Below are positions 27,331 to 45,260 of a stretch of 64,000 nt of DNA, one piece after another. A program made the translations under genes and the position numbers. Under the pieces are notes generated by a model that saw nothing but the letters and a program-made list of their open reading frames with translations, searched no databases and was not told the DNA's origin. Origin of the DNA: the human T2T-CHM13v2.0 reference genome, Homo sapiens; NCBI RefSeq assembly GCF_009914755.1, contig NC_060934.1. One strand, 5' to 3'. Numbering within the stretch: the first letter of the stretch is position 1; each line of letters starts with the position of its first letter.

Positions 27331-29769
27331 AGTGGGATTTGGTTTCCATAATGTGCAGGACAAGAGTCATAGCCAATCCTGGGCTTAAGGCTGTAGAAGC
27401 TGGCCTCACAGGGGATGAGTTGGAGGTGGGGAGTTAACACCTTGTGCTCCTAATTTAGGGAAATGCAGCTCTATGAATTTCTAACAGGACTCCAAACTGG
27501 GCCCAAGACTTTGCAAGGACTGTGAAAGTATCCTGTGATAAGAATTGTAGAATTATTTTGTAGTAAGGATTATAGCTGTTTGTGGTGGGAATCAGGATGG
27601 TGGTTGTCTTCTGCTTACATTTCCACACAGTGGGAAATCCCTCCTACTTCCAGGCTGATCCAATCCAGGCAGGGGAGACAGGACTGCATAGGCTGAGTGC
27701 CTTCATGCTGGCTTCCTCAGCTTTCAATCACCAGAGGTGTATCTGCACTTCCCCACTACACTGCAACTCTCTCCCTTTGACACTTGAGTCACATCTTAGC
27801 TCTATTTGTTGTTTTGGTCTACTCTTGTGGGAATCCAATGTATACATTTTTATTTCATGAATAGTGCTGTGTGTCATGTCTAAGAATTCATTACAAAACT
27901 CAATGTCAAATACATTTTCTCTGTTGTTTTTCTTAAAACGTTTATAGTTATAGTCTTACACTGACATTTAAGCCAATAATCCCTTTTGAGTTTATTTTTG
28001 TATAAGCTGTAAGATTTAGATCAAGATTTGTTCTGTTTTATTACCCTGTTTTTTGTTTTATTGCCTATGGATATTTAATTGTTCTAGCATCATTTATCAA
28101 AAAAGCTCTTCATTGAATTGATTTTGTAGTTTGGTCAACGATAAATTATCTGTATATCTATGAATCTATTTCTGGACTCTTTATTCTGTTTCATTGAGCT
28201 ATCTGTCTATTATTATGCCAATATCACACTGTCTTGATTATATGGTTTTATAATAAATCTTAAAATTGGGTAACTTTTTCAAAATTGTTTGCTATTTTAC
28301 TTGTCTTTGAATATACATTTCAGATTATCAATATCTACCAAATATCCGCTTATCAATATCTACCAATATAAAATCCTGCTGAAATTTTTTTGATATTGAG
28401 TTAAATTTATAAATAATTTTTGGAGGAGTCTCTGCTTTCCTGTGACAATTCTTCACTCATGATGATTCTCCAATTCATGAACATGGTATGCCTCTCCACT
28501 TATTTAGATTTTTAAAATTACTTTCGTCAGTGTTTTGTAGTTTTCAGCATATAGAGCTGAAAACTATATTGTTTTCATACATAGCTAAATATTTCATCAG
28601 TTTTGTTATTCGAAATGATATAATTTTAATTTTGGTTTCCAAATATACATTGTTAGTGTAGAAATACCCAGTTGTTTTTGTGCTTTATCTCATGACTTTT
28701 CTGAACTCACCTGTTAGTTCTAGGGTTATATTGTTTTCATTTGTAGAGTCATACTATCTACTATGTTTTTTTTCTTCCTTTTATATGTCTGCCTTTTATT
28801 TCCTGACTTATTGCATAGGCTAAGACTTCTAGCTCAATTTTGAGTGAAGTTGAAATAAGTTTATGTCTTTGACCAAATTTAAAATTGGAAGCAAAAAAGG
28901 ACACCAGTTGGACTTTTGGCTTCGTGGAGCATTCAGAACATACCAACATGGCATGGCTACTCCCAGAAACCTGTACCCCTGGGGTCCCCTAGAGGCCAAT
29001 AATGGAGAGCATATAGTGTAAATGACTTCTGCTGCCACAAACCACCTTTAACACTGTTAAATAGAGGCAATACCATATTTAGAACACAAGCAAGCAAAAG
29101 CACAAGAGCTTGTGCCAATGGTCAATGGTATATTCTTCATAGCCCAGAGCCTTAAAATCTTTCTGTGTTTGATGTGAGCAAGAGCAAGAGCAAATCAGGG
29201 CGTTATAACTATTCTAGAAGCACAATCTCATGTAATCTTGTAAGGGAAATAGCACTATGGTCAGAAGGAACATTCTACTTACCAAGTCACTTTCCTGAAA
29301 TCAGACCAGCACTATGAATCCTTGGGATAATTTCACAGTCAACAGCCCAGAATTACTTGGGGTATGTGGTCAAACCCCTATGAGGGTAGAGGGTTGGAGA
29401 GTGCCTGCAGAGGGAAAGGGCCAGAACCCATTATGGGTTTTGGTCCAGGATGAAGCACCCTGCCTCGACAGTACTGCTGCATTGGCTGGTCCTGGGCATC
29501 ATAGAAGACTCCAAAGTTCAAGGGATTCTGAGGCACAGGTCCTGAGTCTCAGGATTTCTTTTGCTTGAGCTTAAAGGTGGTACTGCTTCTGTGTTTGAGA
29601 GTCCAAGCAGGATAACACATACACAATGTGGAAGTCGTGGTTCCCATGGGAAATTAAAGAGATTTTTCCAAAGCAAAGAGAAAGGTATGCTTGGCTGTCA
29701 TAAACAATAGATGTCAACTGAAAATGCTTATGATTTTGTAATAATAATAGCGAAATCCCTATAATGAAA

Positions 29770-29980
29770 GCTAACACGGTGTACTTAGTCTATGCCAGGT
29801 ACTTTTCTAAACATTTTTTATATATTAACTCATTTGGCCTTCAAAACAACATAATGAGGGAAACATTGCCTATTTTCACAGCTAAATAAATACAAACATA
29901 GGGAAGTAAATTATTTACTCAACGTCACAGAGCAACCAAAGAGTAGAGCTAGGATTTGAACCCAGGTCACCAAGCACCAG
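29770..29980 (-). mobile_element. MIR
   Basis: tatgccaggtacttttctaa...attaactcattt...gtagagctaggatttgaacccagg. Confidence 0.75.
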
Positions 29981-31520
29981 GATATCAACCATTAAACTTT
30001 ATTCTATATTGCTCAATGGAAGTTTAAAGATAAGAGGAAAAAAGACTTCAAAGCATTAGGTGATTCCATTATACCAGGTTTTTTCATTTACTGAAAAAGT
30101 TCTAAAACCATCATTTGATAGATTAAAAGTAAATTCATGTAATCTTCCAGCACTCGCTTTCATTGAAGGCTGGAAGATTACCTACATACACACAAGCACA
30201 GAAACACAATTTTTAATAACTCAACATGTGAAATTGGGATTTTAAAGTCTACTTTCTAAAAGTCCACTGTGTTCTCCAAAATTCTGGGCATCAGTGCTGG
30301 TGTTATCAAGTAATGTCTTTTTTATTAAAAAATTAGACCTTTCTGAAAGCAAGTGATATTATTGATACAACAGAAGTTCAAGTTCCTCGTGAACATATTG
30401 TACAGAATCACATAATTGGACATTTAGTCAAGCAGAGAAGGTAGATGGTAATGGTAAAATCAAATACTACCATTATCTGAATGCCTGTAAACCCAGGCAT
30501 TTCAAAATGAAAATAATTTACCAGTCTCCAGAAGGACAAAGAAAAGGAAGCCTCAAAAATAGACTGTAATAGCTGAGATATGAGTACCCTTGAAAGGTCG
30601 TAGCAATAATTAAGGTTCAGTTCAACTATAGCATATGCTAAGGACACACAAAAAATAATGTCAATTAAGAAACGTTTATTGGATTGGCCTCTAAAACAGA
30701 TGCCCCAAAGCATAACTGATACAAGAATATAACCTATTATCTCTAATCTTCCTAGCAGCAAGTATTCATTATAATTATGACCTAAATTTTGTACTCACTA
30801 GCCCAATTAAAAATTATTTTCATGTGAACAGCATCAATACTCTTGCCCTTGATCCAAAAGCTTAATAATAATTTAAAACAAATTTGTTCTTTTCTTTAAA
30901 AGCTATTCACCTTCATGGCCTTTCAAGACCATTATATAATGTATCATTATATTCAGCTTATTCTATTATGATTGGCATTATAACAGAAACCACAGCAGAA
31001 TCTCCGAAGACCTTTAGTAAATCTGCTTACTTGCAATGAAATATTAAAAAACTCTCAGTGCCAAAAAATCTTCTCAAATCATTTCCATATCCATGTAAAT
31101 CTTCTCATTTGTACCCACTCATACGTGTCTTGGAGGACAGAGTCAGCAAATGTTTAGAAAATAAATGTAAGAGAATTGCAGTGCAGATGGAGATAGACCA
31201 AAAGTGGAAGAATAGCATTATGTTGAAAAGCACATTTTAATATACGACTATGGAAACTTATCTGGCCCAAAAAAGGGAAGAAAGATTGCAGTGATTTTGA
31301 CTTTTCTGTTACTTCTCTAATATTTCACAATAGGAAAGACTTCTTGAAGTTGGGAAGCAAGAGATCTCATTTTTGAAAAGGAGAGTAGATTGTTTGCACA
31401 GGAAGCGTTTTCTATAGCTCTGACGGAATTTAAGGTAACCATATAGTCAGGTTGTGTTTTCATAATTTGGAGTTTCTCATCTCATCAACGTCACCAAATT
31501 GGCATTCCTATTTGTTTTCT

Positions 31521-31600
31521 GGAAGGAAGGAAGGAAGGAAGGAAAGAAGGAAGGAAGGAAGGAAGGAAGGAAGGAAGGAAGGAAGGAAGGAAGGAAGGAA
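31521..31600 (+). repeat. (GGAA)n microsatellite: 6 GGAA + AGAA + 13 GGAA
   Basis: Direct count, 80 bp. Confidence 0.98.
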
Positions 31601-31924
31601 GTCCCTAGTCTTCAATGAGTCCGTAGTCTTAAGAATTCAGCAAAATGAAAGAGGAAAAGTTTTATAGTAAATTATATTTACATAAAATACACATAATTAA
31701 AAGAAAATGTGCTAGAATAAAAGCAAGAGGGAGGTTAGGAAGAAAGGTTAGATAAGCAAGAGACATAGAAGAAATCTATGGTATCAGGAGTAAATAAATA
31801 TTAGAACTGTCAGGTTGAAGATATTGAATGAATTCCCTGAGTTAATTAGTAAACATTAAAGAAACAAAAGAAGAACGAACCATCTTGAGCATCAAGACTC
31901 CCAGAAGAACAGAACTGTTTAGGC

Positions 31925-32040
31925 ATTCATTCAGCTCACAGTAAGCAAATATTTAATACTTTTTATGTGACAGACCCTGTGCTAGATACCGAAAATTGAA
32001 GAATAGGAAGGACAGTCTCTCCTCTGAAGATCTGATAGGC
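31925..32040 (-). mobile_element. L2 3' tail fragment
   Basis: cattcattca...gcaaatattt...tatgtgacagaccctgtgctag. Confidence 0.55.
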
Positions 32041-32189
32041 CAGACTTTGAGTCTTTTTGATATTCAGAAGAGCTGTTTGATTCTAGATGGTTCAGCCAAA
32101 TATGGAAGAGACATGAGAGAAACAATGAGATAAGGAATTAACTGCAAAATGGAACCCATTCTGAGCACAGTTGCCCAAAAGACCCTGTG

Positions 32190-33095
32190 AAGGATAAATC
32201 AAATCATGGCACTTCTTTGCTCTAAAATCTTCAATAGAGTCATCACTTTTTTAGAGCAAAATGTCCTTAAAGACCTATAGAGCAGGTCTGGGGGCTGTGG
32301 CTTATACCTGTAATCACAGCACTTTGGGAGGCTGAGGTGGGTGGATCACTTGAGGTCAGGAGCTGAAGACCAGCCTGGTCAACATGGTAAAAGCCCATCT
32401 CTACTAAACATACAAAAATTAGCTGGGTGTGGTGGTTCACACATGTAGTCCCAGCTACTCAGGAGGCTGAGGTGGGAGGATCACTTGAACCCTGGAAGCA
32501 GAGGTTTCAGTAAGCCAAGATAGCACCTCTGCACTCCAGCCTGAGTGACAGAGCAAGAATCTGTCTTAAAAAATAAAAATAAAGAAATAAAAGACCTGTA
32601 AGGCAATAGCAATACCCGCTACTGTCTGATCCTCTGTTATCCCTGTGGCTGCAACTATTACTAATCTTCCATTCCCTCACTCAGTCTCTACCATGCTGGA
32701 GGGACTACACACTGCTGCCTCCTCTTCCTCTGGCTGGAATGCTTCTCCCTCAGCTAGCCCCAGGCCTTACTCCTTCCACTTCCTCAGGTCTTGGCTTAAA
32801 TGTCACATCTCAATATGGCATTCCCTGACCAGCCTATTATCAACATGATATCCCAATGACCAGCATGTCCGATCCCTCTTACTATTCTCTATTTTGCCCA
32901 TTGCAGATATCTTCTACCCCATTACATACATCTACTTATCTCACATTCATTTATCTAGCTTCTGTCACTGGAATAGGAGCCTCAAGAGAACAAAGGACTT
33001 TTTGTTTTTCTTCACTGTTTTACCTGCAGCACTTAGAACAGTTGTTGAAACAGATTATGCCTTTCATAAATATCTGTTGAAACAAGGAATGAATG
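32190..33095 (+). mobile_element. L2 3' region, split by Alu
   Basis: ctggaatgcttctccc...aaatgtcacatctc...ataaatatctgttgaa...gaatgaatg. Confidence 0.75.
32285..32590 (+). mobile_element. Alu (Jb or old S)
   Basis: Full dimer; TSD aaagacctatagagca / aaagacctgtaaggca. Confidence 0.92.
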
Positions 33096-33163
33096 TTGAA
33101 AGAATAGACATGTATGAAAACTCCTTTTGGTGTGTTTCATGTTGAGAAAACAGTTATAGATTT

Positions 33164-33931
33164 TGAAATGGGAGAGTTCCCTGATTCCCCTTGCAGGATG
33201 TGTGACAGGGGTGTCACTTGCCTGTTGGGTCACTCCTGCTGCTCAAACCCCTGAGGGGAGGGGGAGCACACAGACAGGCAGGTGCAGGGGCCGGGGCAAG
33301 TGCTTTGGGCTTTGGCCACATGGTAGTATCTAGGGGTGGGTGTCTGCAGCCCCAGTGTTACCATGCTCTCTTAGCCTTGCCATCCGCAGATGGCTTACGT
33401 GTTAACCAGCTCAAAGGACCTTCTGCCTTTTTGCAAAGGCAGAGGGACAGTGTGACACCTTTCTGTTTCCTGAGTTCTTGCCCAGTGTCCCAGAAAAATC
33501 AGATCACACATGGGTTTGAAGGATGCATGTGGCTCTCAGCGGGATGGATGGGGAACCAGAAGAGGGGATGGAGTGGAAAGATGATCTTCCCCTGGAGTTT
33601 AGCCAACCAGAGGCTAAACTACTCTCTAACCACCCCCAGCCAAACTTTTCTCAGAGCTCAGACATTCCTCTTCTTTCTCTGCTGTGTCATTCCACCATCC
33701 ATCTGCTTGTCTTGTCTCCTCGCCTGCGCATCTGCTTCTGGAGCCTCGGGTTCAGGATTTATATGGGTGCAGGATCAGGGTGTATGGCAGGTCAAAAGAC
33801 AACTTTTTTGGGCACGAAAATAGAAATGCCTGTTCCCACCTAGGGCCACGGGTCTCTAGGCTTGAGGGTGAGGCTTTGGCCAGGGAGCTGGCTTCTTCTA
33901 CCCAGAATTTCCCTGTATCCTGTTCCTATCA
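33164..33931 (-). mobile_element. LTR1-family ERV1 solo LTR
   Basis: Reverse complement begins TGATAGGAACAGGATACAGGGAAATTCTGGGTAGAAG...CCCTCAAGCCT; TG...CA termini; perfect 4-bp TSD ATTT. Confidence 0.85.
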
Positions 33932-34295
33932 ATTTCAATACTAAATAAGTACTATTTATAAGAATTAAGTGAAATTTTCTTTCTAGAGATCCACAGAGTT
34001 AAAAAAAAAAACTGGCTGCTTTAAGTGGCATAGATAAGTACTTATCTACAGCAAAACATGGAACAACCAGACAATTTCACAGAATTGTTTTATTCTTCTT
34101 CTGATTTAAGATAAAGAACAATTGGGTAAGAAGTGGATATTGCACTCTTCAATGATCACACTTTTTGAAGAGTACCTTTCTACACTAGGTACTTGCATGT
34201 AAGGGGATGCCATCAGAGATTGTTCCATTTAAACATATGCAGCCCATACAATGCTCTATTGTTTTATTACATTACTTAAATTCTCCACTTATTTT

Positions 34296-38535
<4,240 letters not shown>

Positions 38536-38649
38536 TCTCCACCTATTTTAATGAAATCTTCTATTCAGAGAACAGGCATAATTAAAGTTATTATCAGTCT
38601 AATACCAATTTATTTATCTTGTCTTGAATACAGTATGACATCATTAAAA

Positions 38650-38880
38650 AAGGACTTGGAGGTACACAGACAAGAGATGTAATTTCAGCTCTTCTATATT
38701 CAGGATATCTGGCCTTGAACAAATCATTGAACAGCTTCAAGTCTTCATTTTCTTTCTATTAAATGGAGAGGATGGGTAGTAATACTTGTTTTGAGGTGTT
38801 GTGGGGAATAAGCTAATACGTGTAAAGTGTTGTCACAGTGTTTGGGACAGAAACATTTAAAATGTTAATAGCTACAATTA
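38650..38880 (+). mobile_element. MIR
   Basis: ccttgaacaaatcattgaac...ttaaatggagag...gtgtaaagtg. Confidence 0.6.
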
Positions 38881-38889
38881 AGAACTCTC

Positions 38890-39070
38890 TATGACCCAAG
38901 TACTTTCGTATCAAATGACTTCCATATATTATCTCCTTTTATCAAAATCCTATGAGGTAGAAGATATTATGATCCTCATTTCACAGATGGAAAATCAAGA
39001 CACACTGGGATTAAGTGATTTGCCTACACATTACATGGGCAGAAAGCAGAAGTGTGGGGATAGAAACTCT
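38890..39070 (-). mobile_element. MIR
   Basis: cctatgaggtag...cctcatttcacagatggaaaatcaag...ttaagtgatttgcc. Confidence 0.7.
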
Positions 39071-41449
39071 AATCTGATCCCAGAAGTAGAAGATATAAAC
39101 ACAAGTGTTTATGTGCTCCATATGCCACTATGCTAGCTCCATCACCCTTGGATTCCAGAAAAACATACTTGTCTTGAATTTTGCTCCAAAATAGATTGTA
39201 TTATAGGAGGACTCCAATATATCACCTATTCCCCAAACTGTTGAACACAACATGTTCAACTTCACCTGATTGTTCTTTCTAAATCATTCCTCTCTGCCCT
39301 TTAGCATCTTTTCCAGAAAGGAGGGTACTCAGAGAGCTCTTTTTCTCACCAATTTTTGTTTACCATCCTTTTCCCAAAACCACACATATTTGGTATCTTT
39401 ACCCAAAAGGGTTGCCCTCTGGCCTGGTTCATTATTTTGCTTCCTCCTTTCTCAGTCACTCCCTATAGCGTTTGGTGACAACTTCCAGGTACAGGAATTC
39501 TCTGAAATAAAGCCATGGTTTCAGGAGAGGTTTGTAGGGTCTCTAGTTCTACCCAAGCAAAGTAGCTTCTGTTTCTAAATTCAGCCTCCCAGTGCTCATG
39601 AAGCAGGAAAAATAACACTGTAAAATTTAGTATGGTGGCTATAGTGATAATCACAGGTATAGTCTTACATCAGTTTCAAACAAAAGGGGATAAGCAGGAG
39701 GCCTGAGGCATTTTTCAGACAAGAAGCCAAAGAACACACAAACCAGAGAGCTGTAGATATCTAAAACTGTAGTTCTGCTTGTCTGCATGAGGCAAATATT
39801 TGAATAATGATCGCTGGATGTAAAGTCTACACACACATGCGCACACATCACAAAGTCAAAAAAAAGTTGAAAATGCTCAATAAGCTCTGCCGAGCAGTTA
39901 GAAGGAGACACTGGATTTTAAAAAAAGAAAAGACAGTCCACTCTGGTACACAGTGTAAATACAGGTGTTCTCAAAGGGCCCCATATTTCTTTGAAGCTTC
40001 ACACAGCAAAGAAATTTTTCCACAGATAGTTCAAACACAGCTAAAACCAAAAACAAAAGTGAAGAACAAAGAGGAAGGATGGGCTGACAGAGGGTTACAG
40101 TTCCAAACTGAAGAATAGTCCTAAATATACAATTCATTAAGCTCTTACTAGGTATCAGCCACTCTTTGACGCTCTGTTCATAATCTTAAAACAACTCTCC
40201 AAGAAAGGAATTATTATCAACTTCACAGAGCTTAAAAAATTGAAGTACATGTCTATCCTGCTTTGCAAAGAAAAAAGTAAAAAAAAAATAAATAAAAAGT
40301 TAAGATTTTAAAAAATGAAAATTGTGGTACAAACTACTACCTACAAATTATTTCTCATCACAGGATTCAAACCCAGATCTACATAATTTCAAGCCCTCTT
40401 TCTTAAGCACTCTTCTGTTCTCGTAAGAAACAGCCTTTACAGCTCCTGCTTCATGGTTGGAATTACTGCCTCAGCTCCACCAGCTCTTGTGGGGAGAAAT
40501 GAGAAATGAGGGTTCCCATACCAGAAAGAGGCAGCCATACTTAGCAATCTAGAAAACAAGAATGGTCCAATCTGTTGTTTTCAGACACTTTGCTCTTTAT
40601 AGCCACATAATGTTCAGCTACCATGATCTGTTCAATTCTTTCTGTGCCAGAAATGGGAATTCATTGAAATATGCAATTGAACTTTATTTCTCCCTGTCCC
40701 ATCAACACACCCTGAATCCTAAAGTAATAAAGTGAAATCTCATGTTAAGTAGGCTTCAGAGTATATGAAAACGTCTGCCTTGGCAAAAGAATCTAACTAC
40801 AACAAGCACATAAAGAGACAGTTTGTTAGGATGTTAAATTTCCTCCTAGACTATGTTGGAGAACCATGCATGATTACTTGGGGATTTTTGGCATCGTTGG
40901 CAAATGTGGAAAGAAGGTTTGTTGCTTGGTTATATATAGAGTGATCATACAATTCATCCAAATTGGAACTCTCTTAAGAAAAGAGAATGCCAATTGGACT
41001 ACTTGTGGGTTAAACAGGCATTAACTTGGCATTTCCTGGAAAAGCTAGGAATTTTGATCTTGCTGGTTTTTTGTAACTTTACCTCCAAGGAAGGATGAAG
41101 AGTTTTAAGCCAAATGAAAAACTTTAGATGCCACCTTGCAAGTTTATTTACAACCCAGGTTGACACTTGGTTTGCTCAAAAGAAGATGATAGCTTGCTCA
41201 AATTTGGAGCAAAATCAAATAGAAAAAAAATTCATTGCCATTGACTCCAATTCTTTCAACTCTGCATAGGTGAGACATATATAAAATTCTTTTCTGTACT
41301 TATCTGTTCCAAAATTAATAAGGTTTTTTAAAAATTAAAACAGTATTATCCTCTCTCCCCACAACTATGTATAGGAGCCTTACATGATTTTTTCTAAAAA
41401 TAAGGGTCTTAAAAACAAGTTTAAAAAAAGAAAGTTTTCTTAAAATCAA

Positions 41450-41755
41450 GGAAGCCAGAGGCCATTATCCTTAGCAAATTAACACAGGAATAGAAAACCA
41501 AATACCGCATGTTCTCACTTATAAATGGGAGCTAAATGACGAGAATGCATAGAGGGGAACAGCAGACACTGGGGCCTATTTGAGGGTGAAGGATGGGAGG
41601 AAGGAGAGGATCAGGAGAAATAACTAATGAGTAGTAGGCTTAATACCTGGGTGATGAAACAATCTATACAACAAGCCCCTATGACACAAGTTTACCTATG
41701 TTACAAACCTGCACATGTATCCCTGAACTTAAAATCAAAGTTAAATTAAAAGAAA
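41450..41755 (+). mobile_element. L1PA13-16-like 3' end (~300 bp)
   Basis: gagaggatcaggagaaataactaatgagtagtaggcttaatacctgggtgatg...cctgcacatgtatccctgaacttaaaat; TSD aaaa(t/c)caagg. Confidence 0.9.
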
Positions 41756-44275
41756 AAACCAAGGGTTTCTGTTTTAATTATATTGTCTATTTCCAAACAG
41801 CATGATGATTGACATGATAAAAAACCCACACGTTATTGTAAGAATTAATGAGTTAATGATTGAGAGTGGCATTGCCAAATTGAGAGAGACTTGAACTGGT
41901 GCACGCTTTATGAAAAAAAGAGACTGCACAGCAAAATTCACAAATACTCCTCTCATCATATCTTAGCTTAATTCATGTTCTTTTTATAAACAGCTGGAAA
42001 ATTCTGGTATAAAATGCCAAAATTTTATCACATTGCTTAAAGAATCAACCAAATAGATCCATAAAGTCTTCTGGGATTCAGCTAGTAGACCAATTTATTT
42101 TATGGCAACAACTGCAATAATTTTCAATGACCACATATAATTCTCATACGTGATTTTCCTACTCCAGCATATTGGGCCCATCTGTGATAATGGCAGGGAG
42201 CCCACAAGCAAGGTGGCAGGCTGTCAGCTGTTTGGCATAGGTGCGGAGAGAAGGGATAGGGGAGCAAAGCTGCTAGAACCTTTAGCATTAGCTAAAGACC
42301 ACCAAGCCATGCCAAGTCCTTCCGTGCCAGCCTGCTCAATCCTGAATCTCTTTGATTCCCTTTGTGACCATTAACACTCAAAAACTGATAAAAACTAGGA
42401 AAAAAATGATAAAAGCCAGAAAATAAGAGGACATAAGGAAAGCTAGAGTTGTTCAGCTTGGAGAAGAAACGGAAAAGACATAAAATATGTAGAAATTTCC
42501 TGGGTATACAATGAAGGGACTTGACAGAGTGCAATTTCCTCATTCTGCAGCTGAGGAAACTGAGGTCTAGATCGGGGCAGAGACGTGTCTATTTCTAACA
42601 GAACTGCTCTGTGCTGGCACTCTGATAACTTTGCACATCTTCACATAAGCTGTATAAATAAAGGTCAACCACAGGCTGACCAAAAATCCTTGTGGAATAT
42701 CCTGTGACCCTCCAAGTTCAGGGCAAGAACGGCAGTCTTGGGAGGAGCTGCTACAGGCACTGCGTTCTCTTTTGAAGGGAGGCTGCTATAAGGCAGTTTC
42801 TCATCTGCCTCCCTCATTCTGGTGAGGTAAGGGGCTCTTCTAATCCACTTAGATAAACTTTAAATCAATCCAAAAATGTTCTGCCGCCCACAAGTGTAAC
42901 TCCTTTGTGAAAATGCAGTTGGCTACCTAAGACCAAACTCAGAGTAATAATGGTTCATTTTAATTCATTCTAATAAGATAATTTGTATAACTCAGAATTA
43001 TCCCCAAACGCAATAAATCAATTTATCACCAGAAATATTCAGTCAGAGGCTGGAAGGGCATCAGTCAGAAAGACTGTAGGATAAATTTCTATGCTGGATG
43101 AGTTGTTGGACTTAATGACATTTAAGGTTCATTCAATGTCAAAATTGAATATTTTTTAGTATATTTGAGCTGACCCCTGCTTCCTTTCCTGACACTTGGG
43201 TGTGTGGGAACTGTCCTCTATCAGAGGTAGAACATCCCCAATTATGGCTCCTGAATATAGGAGAGATGACATGGTAATAGTGAAAAGCAAAGAAGACTAA
43301 CCAAGGAGCCAGAACACCTGCATTATTCCATGTCACCTCTCTGGACCTCAGTTGTCTCATCAGGAACATGGAAATAATAACAAGACTAGTAATTATATCT
43401 GCTTGGTTTTGTTTTCAAGATTATTGTCAAAAACCTTTAAAACTATAAAATGGAGTTTAAAAATAGGGGATTATAATTATATAATTTTCTTAAAAGTCAG
43501 TTCAATGGGAAATATGATTTGTGGCTATTAAACTTATTTGCAGGGGTCCAGTCTTCCAAGAAGCAACAAGACCATCTTCCCATATTAAACAATAAACCTG
43601 TAATCCCTCAAATCCCATAAATTCTGGGCCTATGAAACATAGCACTTCAGCTAATGCACAGATTATATTTGTCCGAGCAGAAGAATCAACAGGGGAAGGC
43701 CACTTTCACTAGCTGATGCAATCTACTGTTAGCTTATTTTCTGAAATTTCTCCAAAACATCTGTAAAAGTAATAAACCAATTATAGGAGCCATCTGGAAC
43801 ACAGCATAGAAGATTATTTTTTAAATTTTACTCTGAATAACTGGCACTGTCATAGATAACATATAACAAGAATCAAGATATTAAGAAAGCCATTATCACT
43901 AAGGGAAGGATGACAGAGACTTGTTTAAAGAAATTGTGATTGCTCTTTACCAAGTAAGGTGGAATCACATGACGATCCACTGCTGAAACAGGCTGAGCGT
44001 CCATCTTCACTCCTTCCTGAGTCTTAAGTCAGGACTCTCAGCTCATTCTTTATGGGAAGCAGGTCAGTAATGGATAGCTTATGACTATTCAGACACCCTC
44101 AGCAAATTACTCATGCTCTTAGGATACAGGACTCATTAATAAAAATAGTGACTTTTTACCACAAACCAATCCCACATGAGCACAGAATATTGAAGAAACA
44201 CAACAAGAAGAAGGTTTCAAGGCTCAAACAACCCATCCCAGTTCCAACACAAACTTCACCTACCCAATGGCATAG

Positions 44276-44354
44276 CTGATCCAGAAAAGACAACTAGATA
44301 CAGAGCCCCCCGGCTCTGATCCAGAAAAGACAACTAGACACATCATCCCCCCGA
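44276..44354. repeat. 40-bp-period tandem duplication
   Basis: ctgatccagaaaagacaactaga identical at 44276-44298 and 44316-44338. Confidence 0.9.
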
Positions 44355-44479
44355 AGTGGAGAAAAGAAAACAAATGTAAAACCCACAACCCAGAATCTGT
44401 CCCCTTTAATCCCAGGACCTGCTCTACCTGTCTACTCTGTCTAGCTTCAATCAAGTCACAATGGAATTGGGTGGTTTAG

Positions 44480-44610
44480 TGCAAGGTTTTTAGAGTCTGG
44501 CAGCCCTGTGCTGAATCTCATGTATGCTATTTTGTAGATTCCAAATCACTGGAAAGCATGTTAACTCTCTAGGCCTCAGTTTTCTCATCTGTAAAATGAG
44601 GATTCTTAAA
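44480..44610 (+). mobile_element. MIR
   Basis: ttaactctctaggcctcagttttctcatctgtaaaatgaggat. Confidence 0.8.
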
Positions 44611-45260
44611 GAAAAATAATCATATTTTAGGTATGAGATTATTCCTAAAAAGGCCATTAGTAAAGCAGCGGGCCAATGGTAGTTCTTACTAGGAGCTCTG
44701 TTTCTCCTCTCATCCTCCCCTCGTCTCCCTCATAAATTAACATTAGAATTATTGCTTTGTAGTTTGATTATATCATTATATCCTGATGACTGTCTAATTC
44801 CACTGAAACAAAATTGCAAATTATTCCTCCCTTGACATTTTGTCTCCAAAATAAGTAAATACACAATTATTATAAAAGTTATAAAGTAATCAATACAAAA
44901 TAAGGAAGAAACAAATAATCTCTTTATTTTCCCTAGGCCACTGAGAAAATCCCAGGCCCAGCAGATGGTTCTGGCCTGACTCTGTTTCTTACATTTCATC
45001 TGGTCTTAAATAGTTATTGAATAGTCTTAAGATCAGTTTTTCTATCTATAAACTGGTGAAACAAAATGTGTTTTTCACCTTCAGGGTATTTTTTTGAGTG
45101 TTAAAAACTTATGGAAACATTCTTTGTAACTTAAAAATGTTCTTCCGTGTCCATAGTCTTTGATGCAGAAATCCTTTTCCTATTATTCTAAAAATATACT
45201 TTTAAAAAACATGAAGCTATGAATTCAAAGATATAAACTGTCTTTTAAAATAACAAATAT

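Larger units (their letters stand above)
22115..27830 (-). mobile_element. L1MA-type element with 3' UTR, ORF2 N-terminus, ORF1 and 5' region but lacking most of ORF2; hosts MSTA, AluS, the U5-L1 chimera and AluY
   Basis: L1MA 3' end at 22115-23615 joined directly to ORF2 endonuclease-region sequence at 23617, then colinear L1 5' portion from 24907. Confidence 0.75.
20210..28900 (-). mobile_element. Old L1M (MC/MD-type) host element broken by nested insertions (pieces at about 20210-20940, 21480-21620, 22010-22110, 27840-28900)
   Basis: Antisense L1M 3' UTR/ORF2-end sequence resumes colinearly after each insert, e.g. gatgaagtctaattt at 22090 continues near 27840 into gtcatgtctaagaattc. Confidence 0.65.

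Noticed and set aside
28325-28366. Short tandem duplications here (ttatcaatatctaccaa x2) and at 7545-7574
   Set aside because: Ordinary slippage events with no sign of function.
33218-33823. Longest ORF in the track (201 aa)
   Set aside because: Lies wholly within the LTR1 solo LTR, antisense, TTG start, no recognisable domain; chance ORF in GC-rich LTR.
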